Part shown: one piece after another, positions 48,944 through 60,700 of the stretch
How positions within the stretch are numbered: position 1 is the stretch's first letter
Layout: each line of letters starts with the position of its first letter
Assembly (NCBI GenBank): GCA_002269645.1
Contig: NIVC01002239.1
Location: 14,837-78,836 of the forward strand
DNA length: 64,000 bases
Direction: 5' to 3'
Source: Macrostomum lignano
Lineage: Eukaryota
Notes under the pieces: model-generated
Told to the model about the DNA's origin: nothing
The model's database searches: none
The model's input: the letters and a program-made list of their open reading frames with translations, nothing else
Translations under genes and position numbers: made by a program

Positions 48944-49728
48944 TCTTGGTGGGCGCCCTGTCTCTTAGTCGGGGCCCCTTTTTCTTGGTGGGCGCCCCTG
49001 TCTCTTGGTCGGGGCCCCTGTTTCTTGATGGGCGCCCCTGTCTCTTGATGGGCGCCCCTGTCTCTTGGTGGGCGCCCCTGTCTCTTGATGGGCGCCCCTG
49101 TCTCTTGGTGGGTGCCCCTGTCTCTTGATGGGCGACCCTGTCTCTTGGTGGGCGCCCATGTCTCTTGGTGGGCGCCCTTATCTCTTGGTGGGCGCCCCTA
49201 TCTCTTGGTGGGTGCCCCTGTGTCTTGGTGGGCGCCCCTGTCTCTTGGTGGGTGCCCTTGTCTCTTGGTGGGCGCCCCTGTCTCTTGGTGGGTGCCCCTG
49301 TGTCTTGGTAGGTGCCCCTGTCTCTAGGTGGGTGCCCCTGTGTCTTGGTAGGTGCCCCTGTCTCTAGGTGGGTGCCCCTGTGTCTTGGTGGGCGCCCCTG
49401 TCTCTTGGTGGGTGCCCCTGTGTCTTGGTGGGCGCCCCTGTCTCTTGGTGGGTGCCCCTGTGTCTTGGTAGGTGCCCCTGTCTCTAGGTGGGTGCCCCTG
49501 TGTCTTGGTGGGCGCCCCTGTCTCTTGGTGGGTGCCCTTGTCTCTTGGTGGGCGCCCCTGTCTCTTGGTGGGTGCCCTTGTCTCTTGGTGGGCGCCCCTG
49601 TCTCTTGGTGGGTGCCCCTGTGTCTTGGTAGGTGCCCCTGTCTCTAGGTGGGTGCCCCTGTGTCTTGGTGGGCGCCCCTGTCTCTTGGTGGGTGCCCTTG
49701 TCTCTTGGTGGGCGCCCCTGTCTCTTAG
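48944..49728. repeat. 20-bp minisatellite (GGGCGCCCCTGTCTCTTGGT)n
   Basis: Direct reading. About 39 variant units. Confidence 0.95.
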
Positions 49729-49792
49729 TCGGCACAGACTGCACACGGTGACTGCACGCATCGAATAGGAACAGCTTGCTCTGACAGCTGCA
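49729..49792 (-). pseudogene. Short fragment of a third C-type lectin paralogue
   Basis: Encodes CSCQSKLFLFDACSHRVQSVP, nearly identical to both lectin genes, and abuts the minisatellite. Confidence 0.7.
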
Positions 49793-50019
49793 TCGAAATC
49801 GAAATGGAAAACATAACTTTAATAATCGATTGATGAATAAAAACGGCATTTTTACTCGTAGAAGTAAAGCCAGATTCTTGGCGCTTTTTATTGTAATTTC
49901 AATCCAATACATGTCATCATGTATGTGCTTCTTTGATGAGTACGTGGGTAGCAACACGCATTGCTTGCATCACTAATCTGCGGTTTAGAAGCTTTAAGCT
50001 CAGTACTTCCTGCTCAGTC

Positions 50020-53000
50020 TCAGTAGGCGCTGTACTGGCAGGCTCGCACAGAGCTCGTCTCAACGCAGCAAACTGCGACGGCTATGGTGAGAGTGGCGGA
50101 CAGGAACAGGGCGAACAGACACCTGTCAGCGGCCGCAACCACGATCAGCCATTCGTTGACTTCTCTGCCGGCTGCCTCCTCCGTCTCGGCGTCAGAGCTG
50201 CCCGAAGTCTTGTTGGCTGGTAGTACCCTCTGTGGAAATGGGACGGCACAATGTAACGATGCAATGTTACACCAGGAGCTGATCTTGACGTTTTATCAGA
50301 GAAATAGCGAGTGGGAACTAAGAAACTGTTCAATAATAATAATTGATTACACCTGCACTAATCGGGACAGATCGACAGCTCAGCCGCAGCTATTGCGCGG
50401 CGCATCTGAAGGCTGCGTACGGTCGTCACACACACCCTCAATTACCCCAGCTAATGCTGACACCCATTTTACAGCTGGATAAACTGAAGCAATGCAGAGT
50501 TAGGTGTCTTGCTCAAGGAAACAAATTGTTCCAGTGGGATCGACCACTAGGCTACAACCCCCAATGCAACCAACCACCATAGATGGCGCCAACCATCATT
50601 CACTTGACCTAATTACTATATAGTTATCTATATAAAAGGCTAAACGTTGAATGCGAGTGAGTCCGTAACTTTGCGGTTATAACCAGCTAGCATATAAGTT
50701 ACTAAAGAGTTTGAATCTCACTTTTAGATACACATTTAATAGCTCAATTTATCTTGCTTAACTCTTCAAAAGCTTCTTATAAGTCCGAGTTCTCCCCTCT
50801 ATAGATTTATATTCAACTCGCAGGCTTAGTGGCGTGCACAATAATTTATTTAACCCTAAGGGTCGACAATATTTGCTGTCTTGGTGGCCGCCCCTGTCTC
50901 TTGGTGGCCGCCCCTGTCTCTTGGTGGGCGCCCTGTCTCTTGGTGGGTGCCCCTGTCTCTTGGTTGGCGCCCCTGTCTCCTTGTGGCTCAAATTTAGCTT
51001 CTGTCAGATGCCTTTCGAGATTGTCGCGTGACTCACCGCGTCTGCCGTTCGCTTGCAATTCCCAGTAATGCAGCGGTTGAGAAACAGCAGCCGGACCAGC
51101 GGACTGAACACCCGCCTGCCGCCCCGCTGCAGCTTGAAGTGGCAGTCGAGCACGAACACATTGCCGAGCAGGCTGCCCATGGTCAGCATGGCCACCGCGC
51201 TGCAGTGATAGGCTGAAATTTGATTAAGAAGATGACTACTATAAGTAGCTCGAAACGCTTTTAACAGTAGGAATACCAAGCCATTTTTTCGCCCGTCGAA
51301 CTACCAAGAGAAGGGGGGAATCCCCCTGACCATTTTTTTGCTGCGCCGGAACGGAGTAACGCAGGCACACGAAATTCAAGAAAACGGGCCAACTTTTTGT
51401 TGCGCACCTTCTCAAACAAGAATCAAGTCGCCAGATCTCCGGACCGTTGAGATATTCGACGATTCTGCCAGAAGGTCGGATTTTTCCCATAAGCGCCAGT
51501 GTATTCAGTGCACCCCTGTGCGCCAGTCAGCACTGCGCCTCAGTGCAGCCTTGCCAAGCCTCCAAATTTCATCAGCACGTAGACCACATGTGTCTGCATC
51601 AGCTCTGACTTCGTTGGTCACTAGCCTTCACCCAGGCGGAGCTTCTGGACTTTCAACAGGTGGCACCAGGTGACTATGGACACCCTGATACGAATTTCTC
51701 TAGTTTCGCTGATCAAGCCTCGACAGTGGGCAAAATCAACTGCTGGACATCCTCAGCTGGTCTGTCAAGCATTCCGTCATCACCTCGACGCCGTCGGCAC
51801 CTTCAACAGATGACACAAGATGACTATGAACATCCTGTTGCAAATATGTCAGATTTTTCTTATCAAGCTTCAATAATGGGCAAGCCTCAACCGACGGACA
51901 TTCTCAGATAGTCTCTCGAGCATTCTATCATCACCCCGACGCCGTCGGCTCCTTCAACAGATGACAACAGGTGACAATGGACACGCTGTTGCGAATTTCT
52001 TTGATGTCGCTGACCAACATCAATAATAGGCAAACTTTAACTTCTGGTCGTTCTCAGCTATACTCTCAAACAGTCTATCATCACCGGACATAATTAAGTA
52101 AACTTGATGACGTAATTTGCTAATTAAACTGTAAATTGAACAGAATCTTCGCGAAGAAAAAATTACTAGAAATTATCCAATTTTCTGTTCGGAATGAAGA
52201 TCAATTCATAATATACTGGATATCTAGTCTTGTGTCTTAAAAATTGCTAAAATTGTTAACAATAAAAATATTCTCTTTTGGGTGTCTATAGTCGGTTTCG
52301 TCTTCTTGAAGGTGCCGACGACGGCTGAATGACGACCGGATGCTTGAAAAACTAGTTGAGGATACCTAGCAGTAGAGGCTTGCCCATTATTGAAGATTGA
52401 TCAGAACAGTCTAACATATTTGCAACAGGATGCCCATAATCGCCTGGTGTAATCTGTTGAAGGTGCCGACGGTGTCGGGGTGTTGACGGAATGTTTGAGA
52501 GACTAGCTGAGGATGCCCAGCAGTTGATTTTTGCTCACTGTCAAGGCTTGATCGGCGAAACTAGAGAAATCTGCATCAGGCTGTCCATAGTCACTTGGTG
52601 CCACCTGCTGAAGGTCCAGAAGCTCCGCCTGGGTAAAGGCTAGTGACCAACGAAGTCAGAGCTGATGCAGACACATGTGGTCTACGTGCTGATGAAATTT
52701 GGAGGCTTGGCGAGGCTGCACTGAGGCGCAGTGCTGACTGGCGCACAGGGGTGCACTGAATACACTGGCGCTTATGGGAAAAATCCGACCTTCTGGCATA
52801 ATCGTCGAATATCTCGACGGTCCGGAGGGCTGGCGACTTGATTCTTGTTTGAGAAGGTGCGCAACAAAAAATTAGCCCGTTTTCTTGAATTTCGTGTGCC
52901 TGCGTTACTCCGTTCCGGCGCAGCAAAAAAATGTCAGGGGGGGGGGGGAATTCCATCCTCTTGGTAGTTCTACTGTTAATACTGGCTTCACGCGAAAGTA

Positions 53001-56000
53001 CGAGAAAAATAACACTACTGAGATTGGACCTTTTCATTTCTTCGGATGAAAGGCTAATCCTTACAATACTTCCGTATGACTTGCCTGTTATAAATTTTAC
53101 AAAAATGCGTTGTAAAAGCAAAGAACCAATAAAACTGGCAATCATATATTTAAAGATAAGTGTTGTATCTTCTTTCGATGTGTGTGTGTGTGTGTATGCA
53201 TCCTTGCACTTTTGTACATTCTACCGAAAGTTTTGTATCAGGATCCAAAAACGGAGTTCTGAAATTTATTTAACTCACTGAGCAGAGGCACAGCTTCGCT
53301 CTGCGTTGGGGTGTAGCTGCCAGCCAGCTGCAGGAACACGCACATCGACAGCACAATGGTGACGCTCAGGGACATTCTCTCGCCGCATTCCGGTGGCAGG
53401 CGAAATACCAGGGTTGAGATGGCGAGCAGCAGGAGGCTGGGTATGACGATGTTCACCAGGTAGAATGTTGATCGGCGCTTTGGTGAACGAAATCAAATTA
53501 TTAATTTTCGAGTGAGTTCCACAGTAAATTATCCAAAATTTACTTTGTCTCAGGTGACAACCTAGGAGGCCACCCTGTCCGTTTGCTTTCTACACCTTTC
53601 TACAGCTTCATTAACCTCTTCCACTTTGAAAACTCCTCTCGGATCCCTTCTGTCAGATTCCTCCCCCCCCGAACCCTTTCCTTTCGACCCCTGCCCTTCC
53701 GACCTATTCCCCTCCAACCTCTTCCCCTCTGACCCCTTCCCCTCTGACCCCTTCCCCTCTGACCCCTTCCCTCTGACCCCTTCCCCTCTGACCCCTTCCC
53801 CTCTGACCCCTTCCCCTCTGACCCCTTCCCCTCCGACCCCTTCCCCTCTGACCCCTTCCCCTCTGACCCCTTCCCTTCTGACCCTTCCCCTCTGACCCCT
53901 TCCCCTCTGACCCCTTCCCCTCCGACCCCTTCCCCTCTGACCCCTTCCCCTCTGACCCCTTCCCTTCTGACCCTTCCCTCTGACCCCTTCCCCTCTGACC
54001 CCTTCCCCTCTGACCCCTTCCCCTCTGACCCCTTCCCCTCTGACCCCTTCCCCTCTGACCCCTTCCCTTCTGACCCTTCCCCTCTGACCCCTTCCCCTCT
54101 GACCCCTTCCCCTCTGACCCCTTCCCCTCTGACCCCTTCCCCTCTGACCCCTTCCCCTCTGACCCCTTCCCTTCTGACCCCTTCCCCTCTGACCCCTTCC
54201 CCTCTGACCCCTTCCCCTCTGACCCCTTCCCTTCTGACCCTTCCCCTCCAACTCTTCCCCTCCAACTCTTCCCCTCCAACTCTTCCCCTCCAACTCTTCC
54301 CCTCCAACTCTTCCCCTCCGATCCCTTCCCCCCGACCCAGTAAGCAGCGCACCGAGAAGACGACAACCAGCCGAACGAATGGAAATTCGCCTTCAGCTCC
54401 TTCCTCAGTGAAGACGCTCTGCACGCAGAACTCGTGGCTGCCTGTGGCTCCGCTAAACTCCACCTCGCTGGCCGGCATCATCCGCACTCTCACAGAGGCC
54501 GAGCTCTGCATAATCGAGCCGATCTTGACGCCGCAACGCTGCGCATCGTATGGGAAATTGCGCATGTCAAAGCGGCACTTGAAGCGGACCATGAACTGCT
54601 GGCTGTGTGCCACGCCGCCTGCGCTGGTCAGGTTTAGCAGAACGCGGTCGCCCGATACCCGCTGAAGGCTCAAGCTGCAGGCCTCAGTGAGTGCAAAAGT
54701 ACTTTTATTTTGTAGGCACGTAAATTTCACTATTCTATTTGACTGGCTTCAGCAGGGGCTGTGCATCGATTTTTAAGCTTTTAATTTCATCATCACTCTT
54801 GCAGGATTGGAGAGACAGAGAACGTACTTTAGTTTCTAGACTTCTGCATAGACAGTAACTGTAATTTAGCCCTTATTCTGTAAATGGCTTAGATAGTGAA
54901 TGTACTTTTAGTCTTCTTAGGTTTAGTTAAAGCCAGGGGGCTGTGTGCACCCTGGCGCACTTTAAGCGACATTGTCGCACAACCGGCGAGAGGCATTGCT
55001 GCCCATTCCGCCGACTCCCCTGAGCAGGCACACAAGCGCGCGGATACGTACGCAGTCACACGCACAGGCACTCACACAGGAGTGCACAGCGGCCCTAACT
55101 TTATTTATCGTTAGGCATGTACACTTCACTTTAGTTCCTGGTCTATGATTGGATATGCATCTCTATAAAAAATTTCCACCTGTCTAAGAAGGACACGTCC
55201 GGCTGCCAGACGAGCTCCGCAGGTGCAAACACGGTTCCGATGCTGTCAAAGCTGGAGTTGAATCGTCCCCGCCAAGCCAGACGATTGTCGTTCCAGACCT
55301 GAAGTTTTGAGATTTGAATTTTCAAGTCAATTTTCATACGGAGCAGCAGCAGCGAATTGAATATTCATTAGCTCACCAGAGTAAGCCACACCTGCAAGGT
55401 CAACTCCTGCGCTGTTGAGTCCTGAAACAATGAGGCTCCCCAGTTTAAGCAATGTCATTAAATAGAAACTAATTAGAAGTCTTAAATTTGAGGCCGAACA
55501 AAATTTGTCTGGTAAACAATTGCGACTTGCTGAACCCAAGCAGACTGCTTCTAGAGTTACAAGACATTATACAAAGCAAATGGTCAGTATTCGGACACCA
55601 ATGTTAGACATTTGGACTCCAAACACTAGAAATCAGTGGTGAATTTTCGGACACTAGACTTACAGATCAGTGTTAGACTATTGAACACCAGAAATCGGTG
55701 TAGGAGTTTACGGACACTAAGGATCAGTTTTTTAGATTTGGACACTTGAAATCAGTGTTGCAATTTTGGACACTAAATATCGGTGTTGGAGTTTCGCTAG
55801 AGATCGGTGTTGGAGTTTCGGACACTAGAGATCGGTGTTGGAGTTTCGGACACTAGAGATCGGTGTTGGAGTTTCGGACACTAGAGATATTTGCTGTTTA
55901 AATTCCGATCCCAAGCCCAGCTCCTCACCACAGCGGCCAAGGCGGACATAATTGCCTGCACTATGACGGTGTTGGCCGAGCCATTGTCCGGCTTCGGCCG

Positions 56001-56168
56001 GACAGCCGGTGAGTAGCTTCCGTCCCCGGCCGACTGGCCAAGCAGCCCAAGTCGCGTCATCAGCGCCTGCTCAAGTGATGGCGTCAGCTCCGCTAAGGCG
56101 GACGGCATCGCCAGCGACAGCAGCGCTGCAGCCGGTAAGATGAGGCTACAAAGAGGTTGGGTTGTCAT
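50020..56168 (-). CDS. LGIC6: apparently intact nAChR-like subunit, ~436 aa, 7 exons (56168-55929, 55421-55377, 55298-55180, 54674-54353, 53477-53279, 51212-51037, 50229-50020)
   Basis: Signal peptide, YSPAVRP, WNDNRLAW, WQPDV, CRFDMRNFPYDAQRC, LPPECGERMSLSVTIVLSMCVFLQ, M3, M4 NEWLIVVAAADRCLF. All GT/AG sites and phases are consistent. Confidence 0.9.
50343..50561 (-). mobile_element. SINE family B with CORE-like domain, in LGIC6 intron 6
   Basis: 50462-50520 CCCATTTTACAGCTGGATAAACTGAAGC...GTTAGGTGTCTTGCTCAAGG aligns by eye with the recalled MIR/CORE consensus. The minus-strand head GGGGTTGTAGCCTAGTGG is a tRNA A box. Confidence 0.7.
50878..50985. repeat. Short second array of the 20-bp GGGCGCCCCTGTCTCTTGGT repeat
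   Basis: About 5 units of the same motif as 48944-49728. Confidence 0.85.
51298..52970. mobile_element. Foldback-type element: ~1.7 kb with ~650-bp imperfect inverted arms, in LGIC6 intron 5
   Basis: 51298-~51950 is the reverse complement of ~52300-52970 (GAACTACCAAGAG / CTCTTGGTAGTTC). The ORF track shows near-identical peptides on opposite strands. The arms contain internal sub-repeats. No TSD found. Confidence 0.85.
53670..54335. repeat. Pyrimidine-rich 15-bp minisatellite (CCCCTTCCCCTCTGA)n in LGIC6 intron 4
   Basis: Direct reading. Confidence 0.95.
54934..55130 (-). mobile_element. SINE family A copy 4 (5'-truncated), in LGIC6 intron 3
   Basis: Body matches 14003-14210. No tRNA head. 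Confidence 0.82.
55580..55890. repeat. Degenerate ~28-bp repeat (CGGACACTAGAGATCGGTGTTGGAGTTT)n in LGIC6 intron 1
   Basis: About 3 near-perfect units at 55800-55890, preceded by diverged units. Confidence 0.8.
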
Positions 56169-56689
56169 GCCTATTCACAGATGGACCTCGGGTCTCAGTC
56201 AGTGCGATTGCACAGACAGCCAATCTGTCACTCCTGGGGATTATACGAGCGATAGATAATGTAGTAAAAGAGCGATTGGACCGCGAGAGATCAAGCCTGA
56301 GTGAATGAGGGACAGCCGAGTGTTAATATCAGTTCCCAGCAACTGCATCTGGGCTCTCTGAGCAAATATTTGCCTTTACTGCACCGTTTATTACGTATGA
56401 ATGCTGCCATCACCGATGTTGCAGTTATTGCACCTGGCAATGAGACCGATTTTCTCTGTATTTATTTTACCAGCTATCCTGGCTGGCTTAATAATGACTT
56501 TTCTGTGTAGCTCCGCTTTAAAAAGTTTTTACGCTACATATCGTCGACTGGGTCCGAAACTCGTCACTCATTAGTGCTTTAAGTACTGCTAAGCTCGAAA
56601 TTGATTTGCCTCAACTATAAGAATTCCGATCAAAGATTTTTGTCATAAAAACGCATTATGGATGTATCATCCATGAGAGCCTCATGACC

Positions 56690-57125
56690 AAGAATCTCAT
56701 CCAGGAACTCTCATACCGAATTACTCCTAGAGAATCTCTCCCCTAAGAACTCACCCCTGAGAATCTCACCTCCAGAGAATCCCACCCTGAAAATCTCACC
56801 CTTTGAGAACCTCACCCCTGAGAATCTCACCCTTTGAGAACCTCACCCCTGAGAATCTCACCCCAGAGAGTCTCATCCTTCGAGAAGCTAACCCCTATAT
56901 AAGCTCATCCTGAGAGGATCTCACCCCTGAGAAACTCACTCCCAGAGAATCTCAACCCTAGCCAATCTTAGCCAGATAATCCCACCTCAGAGAATCTCAC
57001 ACCTAGTTAATCTCACCCCGGAGAATCTCACACAGATAATCTTACCTTAGAAAATCTCACCTCTATGCAATCTCCTCCCGGAGAATCTCACCCCTAGAGA
57101 ATCTTAGGCCAAGAATCTTCCCCCC
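56690..57125. repeat. Degenerate 15-16-bp repeat (GAGAATCTCACCCCT-like)
   Basis: Recurrent GAGAATCTCAC motif. Confidence 0.8.
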
Positions 57126-57342
57126 AAAAACTTGGCGCTACATTTGTTGAGTAAAATTACTGGAAAATCACCGGTAAGCCACTCCACCGAGCTGTTAGTA
57201 AAAGGTATAAATAAAAGAAATGAAGCCATTGATATTAACTCTCAAAGTGATTACAGCCTGCATAGCGTATATTTCTCAACGGCTCAAATGAACGCGAAAA
57301 ATTCTCTTCCAGGAGAATGTCCCACACCTGTCCGGTCGCAGC

Positions 57343-57627
57343 TCAGAGGCTGATGCAGCCCAGCATCTCGGCCAGACGGCCGCCGCACTTGCTCACTAGG
57401 CACTTGACAATCGAGCTGAGGTCGGAGCTGCCAACGCCGCAGCCAAGGAGGGCGCTCAGAACGCAGGAGGCGCTGGAGGCGCCGGCGCTGAGCACGCAGT
57501 TCCAGTCAACCGACAGGGCCGGCAGGGCCTCGTGCAGCACAGCGTCGTAGACTTCGTACTTCTGCTCCAGCGTGTAGCTAGAGGCTGCGGCGGCGGCCAG
57601 CAGGCAAGCGAGGATGGCGAGCTTCAG
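57343..57627 (-). CDS. Terminal exon of a small secreted six-cysteine peptide (94 codons, initiator Met not in this exon)
   Basis: After the acceptor CCCGCAG: LKLAILACLLAAAAASS (signal-like) YTLEQKYEVYDAVLHEALPALSVDWNCVLSAGASSASCVLSALLGCGVGSSDLSSIVKCLVSKCGGRLAEMLGCISL*. GC3-rich codons like the other genes here. Confidence 0.7.
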   Translation of the reverse strand: MKLAILACLLAAAAASSYTLEQKYEVYDAVLHEALPALSVDWNCVLSAGASSASCVLSALLGCGVGSSDLSSIVKCLVSKCGGRLAEMLGCISL

Positions 57628-57709
57628 CTGCGGGATGGCCGGGGGTTCAATAAGGCTTCCTTAACTAGCATTGATGGGTCTTGGTTGCAGAGGCATCCAC
57701 TTGGTGAAC

Positions 57710-60700
57710 AGGGTAGTGACTCACTGAAGGATCGGGGGAGACAAGGTAGCGATGGCTCACTGAAGGATCGGGGGAGACGGGTAGCATCTATTAAGGATCG
57801 GGGGAGACAGGTAGCATCTATTAAGGATCGGGGAAGACGGGTAGCATCTATTAAGGATCAGGGGAGACAGGTAGCATCTATATTAAGGATCGCGGGAGAC
57901 AGGTAGCATCTATTAAGGATCGGGGGGGGGACGGTAGCATCTATTAAGTATCGGGGAAGACGGGTAGCATCTATTAAGGATCGGGGGAGACAGGTAGCAT
58001 CTATTAAGGATCGGGGGAGACAGGTAGCATCTATTAAGGATCAGGGGAGACAGGTAGCATCTATTTTAAGGATCGGGGGAGACGGGTAGCATCTATTAAG
58101 GATCGGGGGAGACAGGTAGCATCTATTAAGGATCGGGGGAGACAGGTAGCATCTATTAAGGATCGGGGGAGACAGGTAGCATCTATTAAGGATCGGGGAG
58201 ACAAGGTAGCGATGGCTCACTGAAGGATCGGGGGAGACGGGTAGCATCTATATTAAGGATCGGGGGAGACGGGTAGCATCTATTAAGGATCGGGGGGGGG
58301 ACGGGTAGCATCTATTAAGTATCGGGGAAGACGGGTAGCATCTATTAAGGATCAGGGGAGACAGGTAGCATCTATATTAAGGATCGCGGGAGACAGGTAG
58401 CATCTATTAAGGATCGGGGGGGGGACGGGTAGCATCTATTAAGTATCGGGGAAGACGGGTAGCATCTATTAAGGATCGGGGGAGACAGGTAGCATCTATT
58501 AAGGATCGGGGGAGACAGGTAGCATCTATTAAGGATCAGGGGAGACAGGTAGCATCTATTAAGGATCGGGGGAGACGGGTAGCATCTATTAAGGATCGGG
58601 GGAGACAGGTAGCATCTATTAAGATCGGGGGAGACAGGTAGCATCTATTAAGGATCGGGGGAGACAAGGTAGCGATGGATCTCTGAAGGATCGGGGGAGA
58701 CGGGTAGCATCTATATTAAGGATCGGGGGAGACGGGTAGCATCTATTAAGGATCGGGGGAGACAGGTAGCATCTATTAAGGATCGGGGGAGACAGGTAGC
58801 ATCTATTAAGAATCGGGGGAGACAGGTAGCATCTATTAAGGATCGGGGGAGACAAGGTAGCGATGGCTCACTGAAGGATCGGGGGAGACGGGTAGCATCT
58901 ATATTAAGGATCGGGGGAGACGGGTAGCATCTATTAAGGATCGGGGGAGACGGGTAGCATCTATTAAGGATCGGGGGAGACAGGTAGCATCTATTAAGGA
59001 TCGGGGGAGACAGGTAGCATCTATTAAGGATCGGGGGAGACGGGTAGCATCTATATTAAGGATCGGGGGAGACAGGTAGCATCTATTAAGAATCGGGGGA
59101 GACAGGTAGCATTTATTAAGGATCGGGGGAGACAGGTAGCATCTATTAAGGATCAGGGGAGACGGGTAGCATCTATTAAGGATCGGGGGAGACAGGTAGC
59201 ATCTATTAAGATCGGGGAGACAGGTAGCATCTATTAAGGATCGGGGGAGACAGGTAGCATCTATTAGGGATCGGGGGAGACGGGTAGCATCTATTAAGGA
59301 TCGGGGGAGACAGGTAGCATCTATTAAGGATCGGGGGAGACAGGTAGCATTATTAAGGATCGGGGGAGACAGGTAGCATCTATTAAGAATCGGGGGAGAC
59401 AGGGGTAGCATCTATTAAGGATCGGGGGAGACAGGTAGCATCTATTAAGGATCGGGGGAGACAGGGGTAGCATCTATTAAGGATCGGGGGAGACAGGTAG
59501 CATATATTAAGAATCGGGGGAGACAGGTAGCATCTATATTAAGGATCGGGGGAGACAGGTAGCATCTATTAAGGATCGGGGGAGACAGGTAGCATCTATT
59601 AAGGATCGGGGGAGACAGGTAGCATCTATTAAGATCGGGGGAGACGGGTAGCATCTATTAAGGATCGGGGGAGACAGGTAGCATCCATTAAGGATCGGGG
59701 GAGACAGGTAGCATCTATTAAGGATCGGGGGAGACGGGTAGCATCTATTAAGGATCGGGGGAGACGGGTAGCATCTATTAAGGATCAGGGGAGACGGGTA
59801 GCATCTATTAAGGATCGGGGAGACGGGTAGCATCTATTAAGGATCGGGGGAGACAGGTAGCATCTATTAAGGATCGGGGGAGACAGGTAGCATCTATTAA
59901 GGATCAGGGGAGACAGGGGTAGCATCTATTAAGGATCGGGGGAGACAGGTAGCATCTATTAAGGATCGGGGGAGACAGGTAGCATCTATTAAGAATCGGG
60001 GGAGACGGGTAGCATCTATTAAGGATCGGGGGAGACGGGTAGCATCTATTAGAATCGGGGGAGACAGGTAGCATCTATTAAGGATCGGGGGAGACAGGTA
60101 GCATCTATTAAGGATCGGGGGAGACAGGTAGCATCTATTAAGGATCGGGGGAGACAGGTAGCATCTATTAAGAATCGGGGGAGACAGGTAGCATCTATTA
60201 AGGATCGGGGGAGACAGGTAGCATCTATTAAGGATCGGGGAGACGGTAGCATCTATTAAGGATCGGGGAGACAGGTAGCATCTATTAAGGATCGGGGGGA
60301 CGGTAGCATCTATTAAGGATCGGGGAGACAGGTAGCATCTATTAAGGATCGGGGGAGACAGGTAGCATCTATTAAGGATCGGGGGAGACAGGTAGCATCT
60401 ATTAAGGATCGGGGGAGACAGGTAGCATCTATTAAGATCGGGGGAGACGGTAGCATCTATTAAGGATCAGGGGGAGACAGGTAGCATCTATTAAGGATTG
60501 GGGGAGACAGGTAGCATCTATTAAGGATCGGGGAGACGGGTAGCATCTATTAAGGATCGGGGGAGACGGGTAGCATCTATTAAGGATCGGGGGAGACAGG
60601 TAGCATCTATTAAGGATCGGGGGAGACGGGTAGCATCTATTAAGGATCGGGGGAGACGGGTAGCATCTATTAAGGATCAGGGGAGACAGGGGTAGCATCT

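Noticed and set aside
53562-54366. RGQRG / GEGVR / GSEGK low-complexity ORFs
   Set aside because: Intronic minisatellite read-through. Only 54353-54674 is a real exon.
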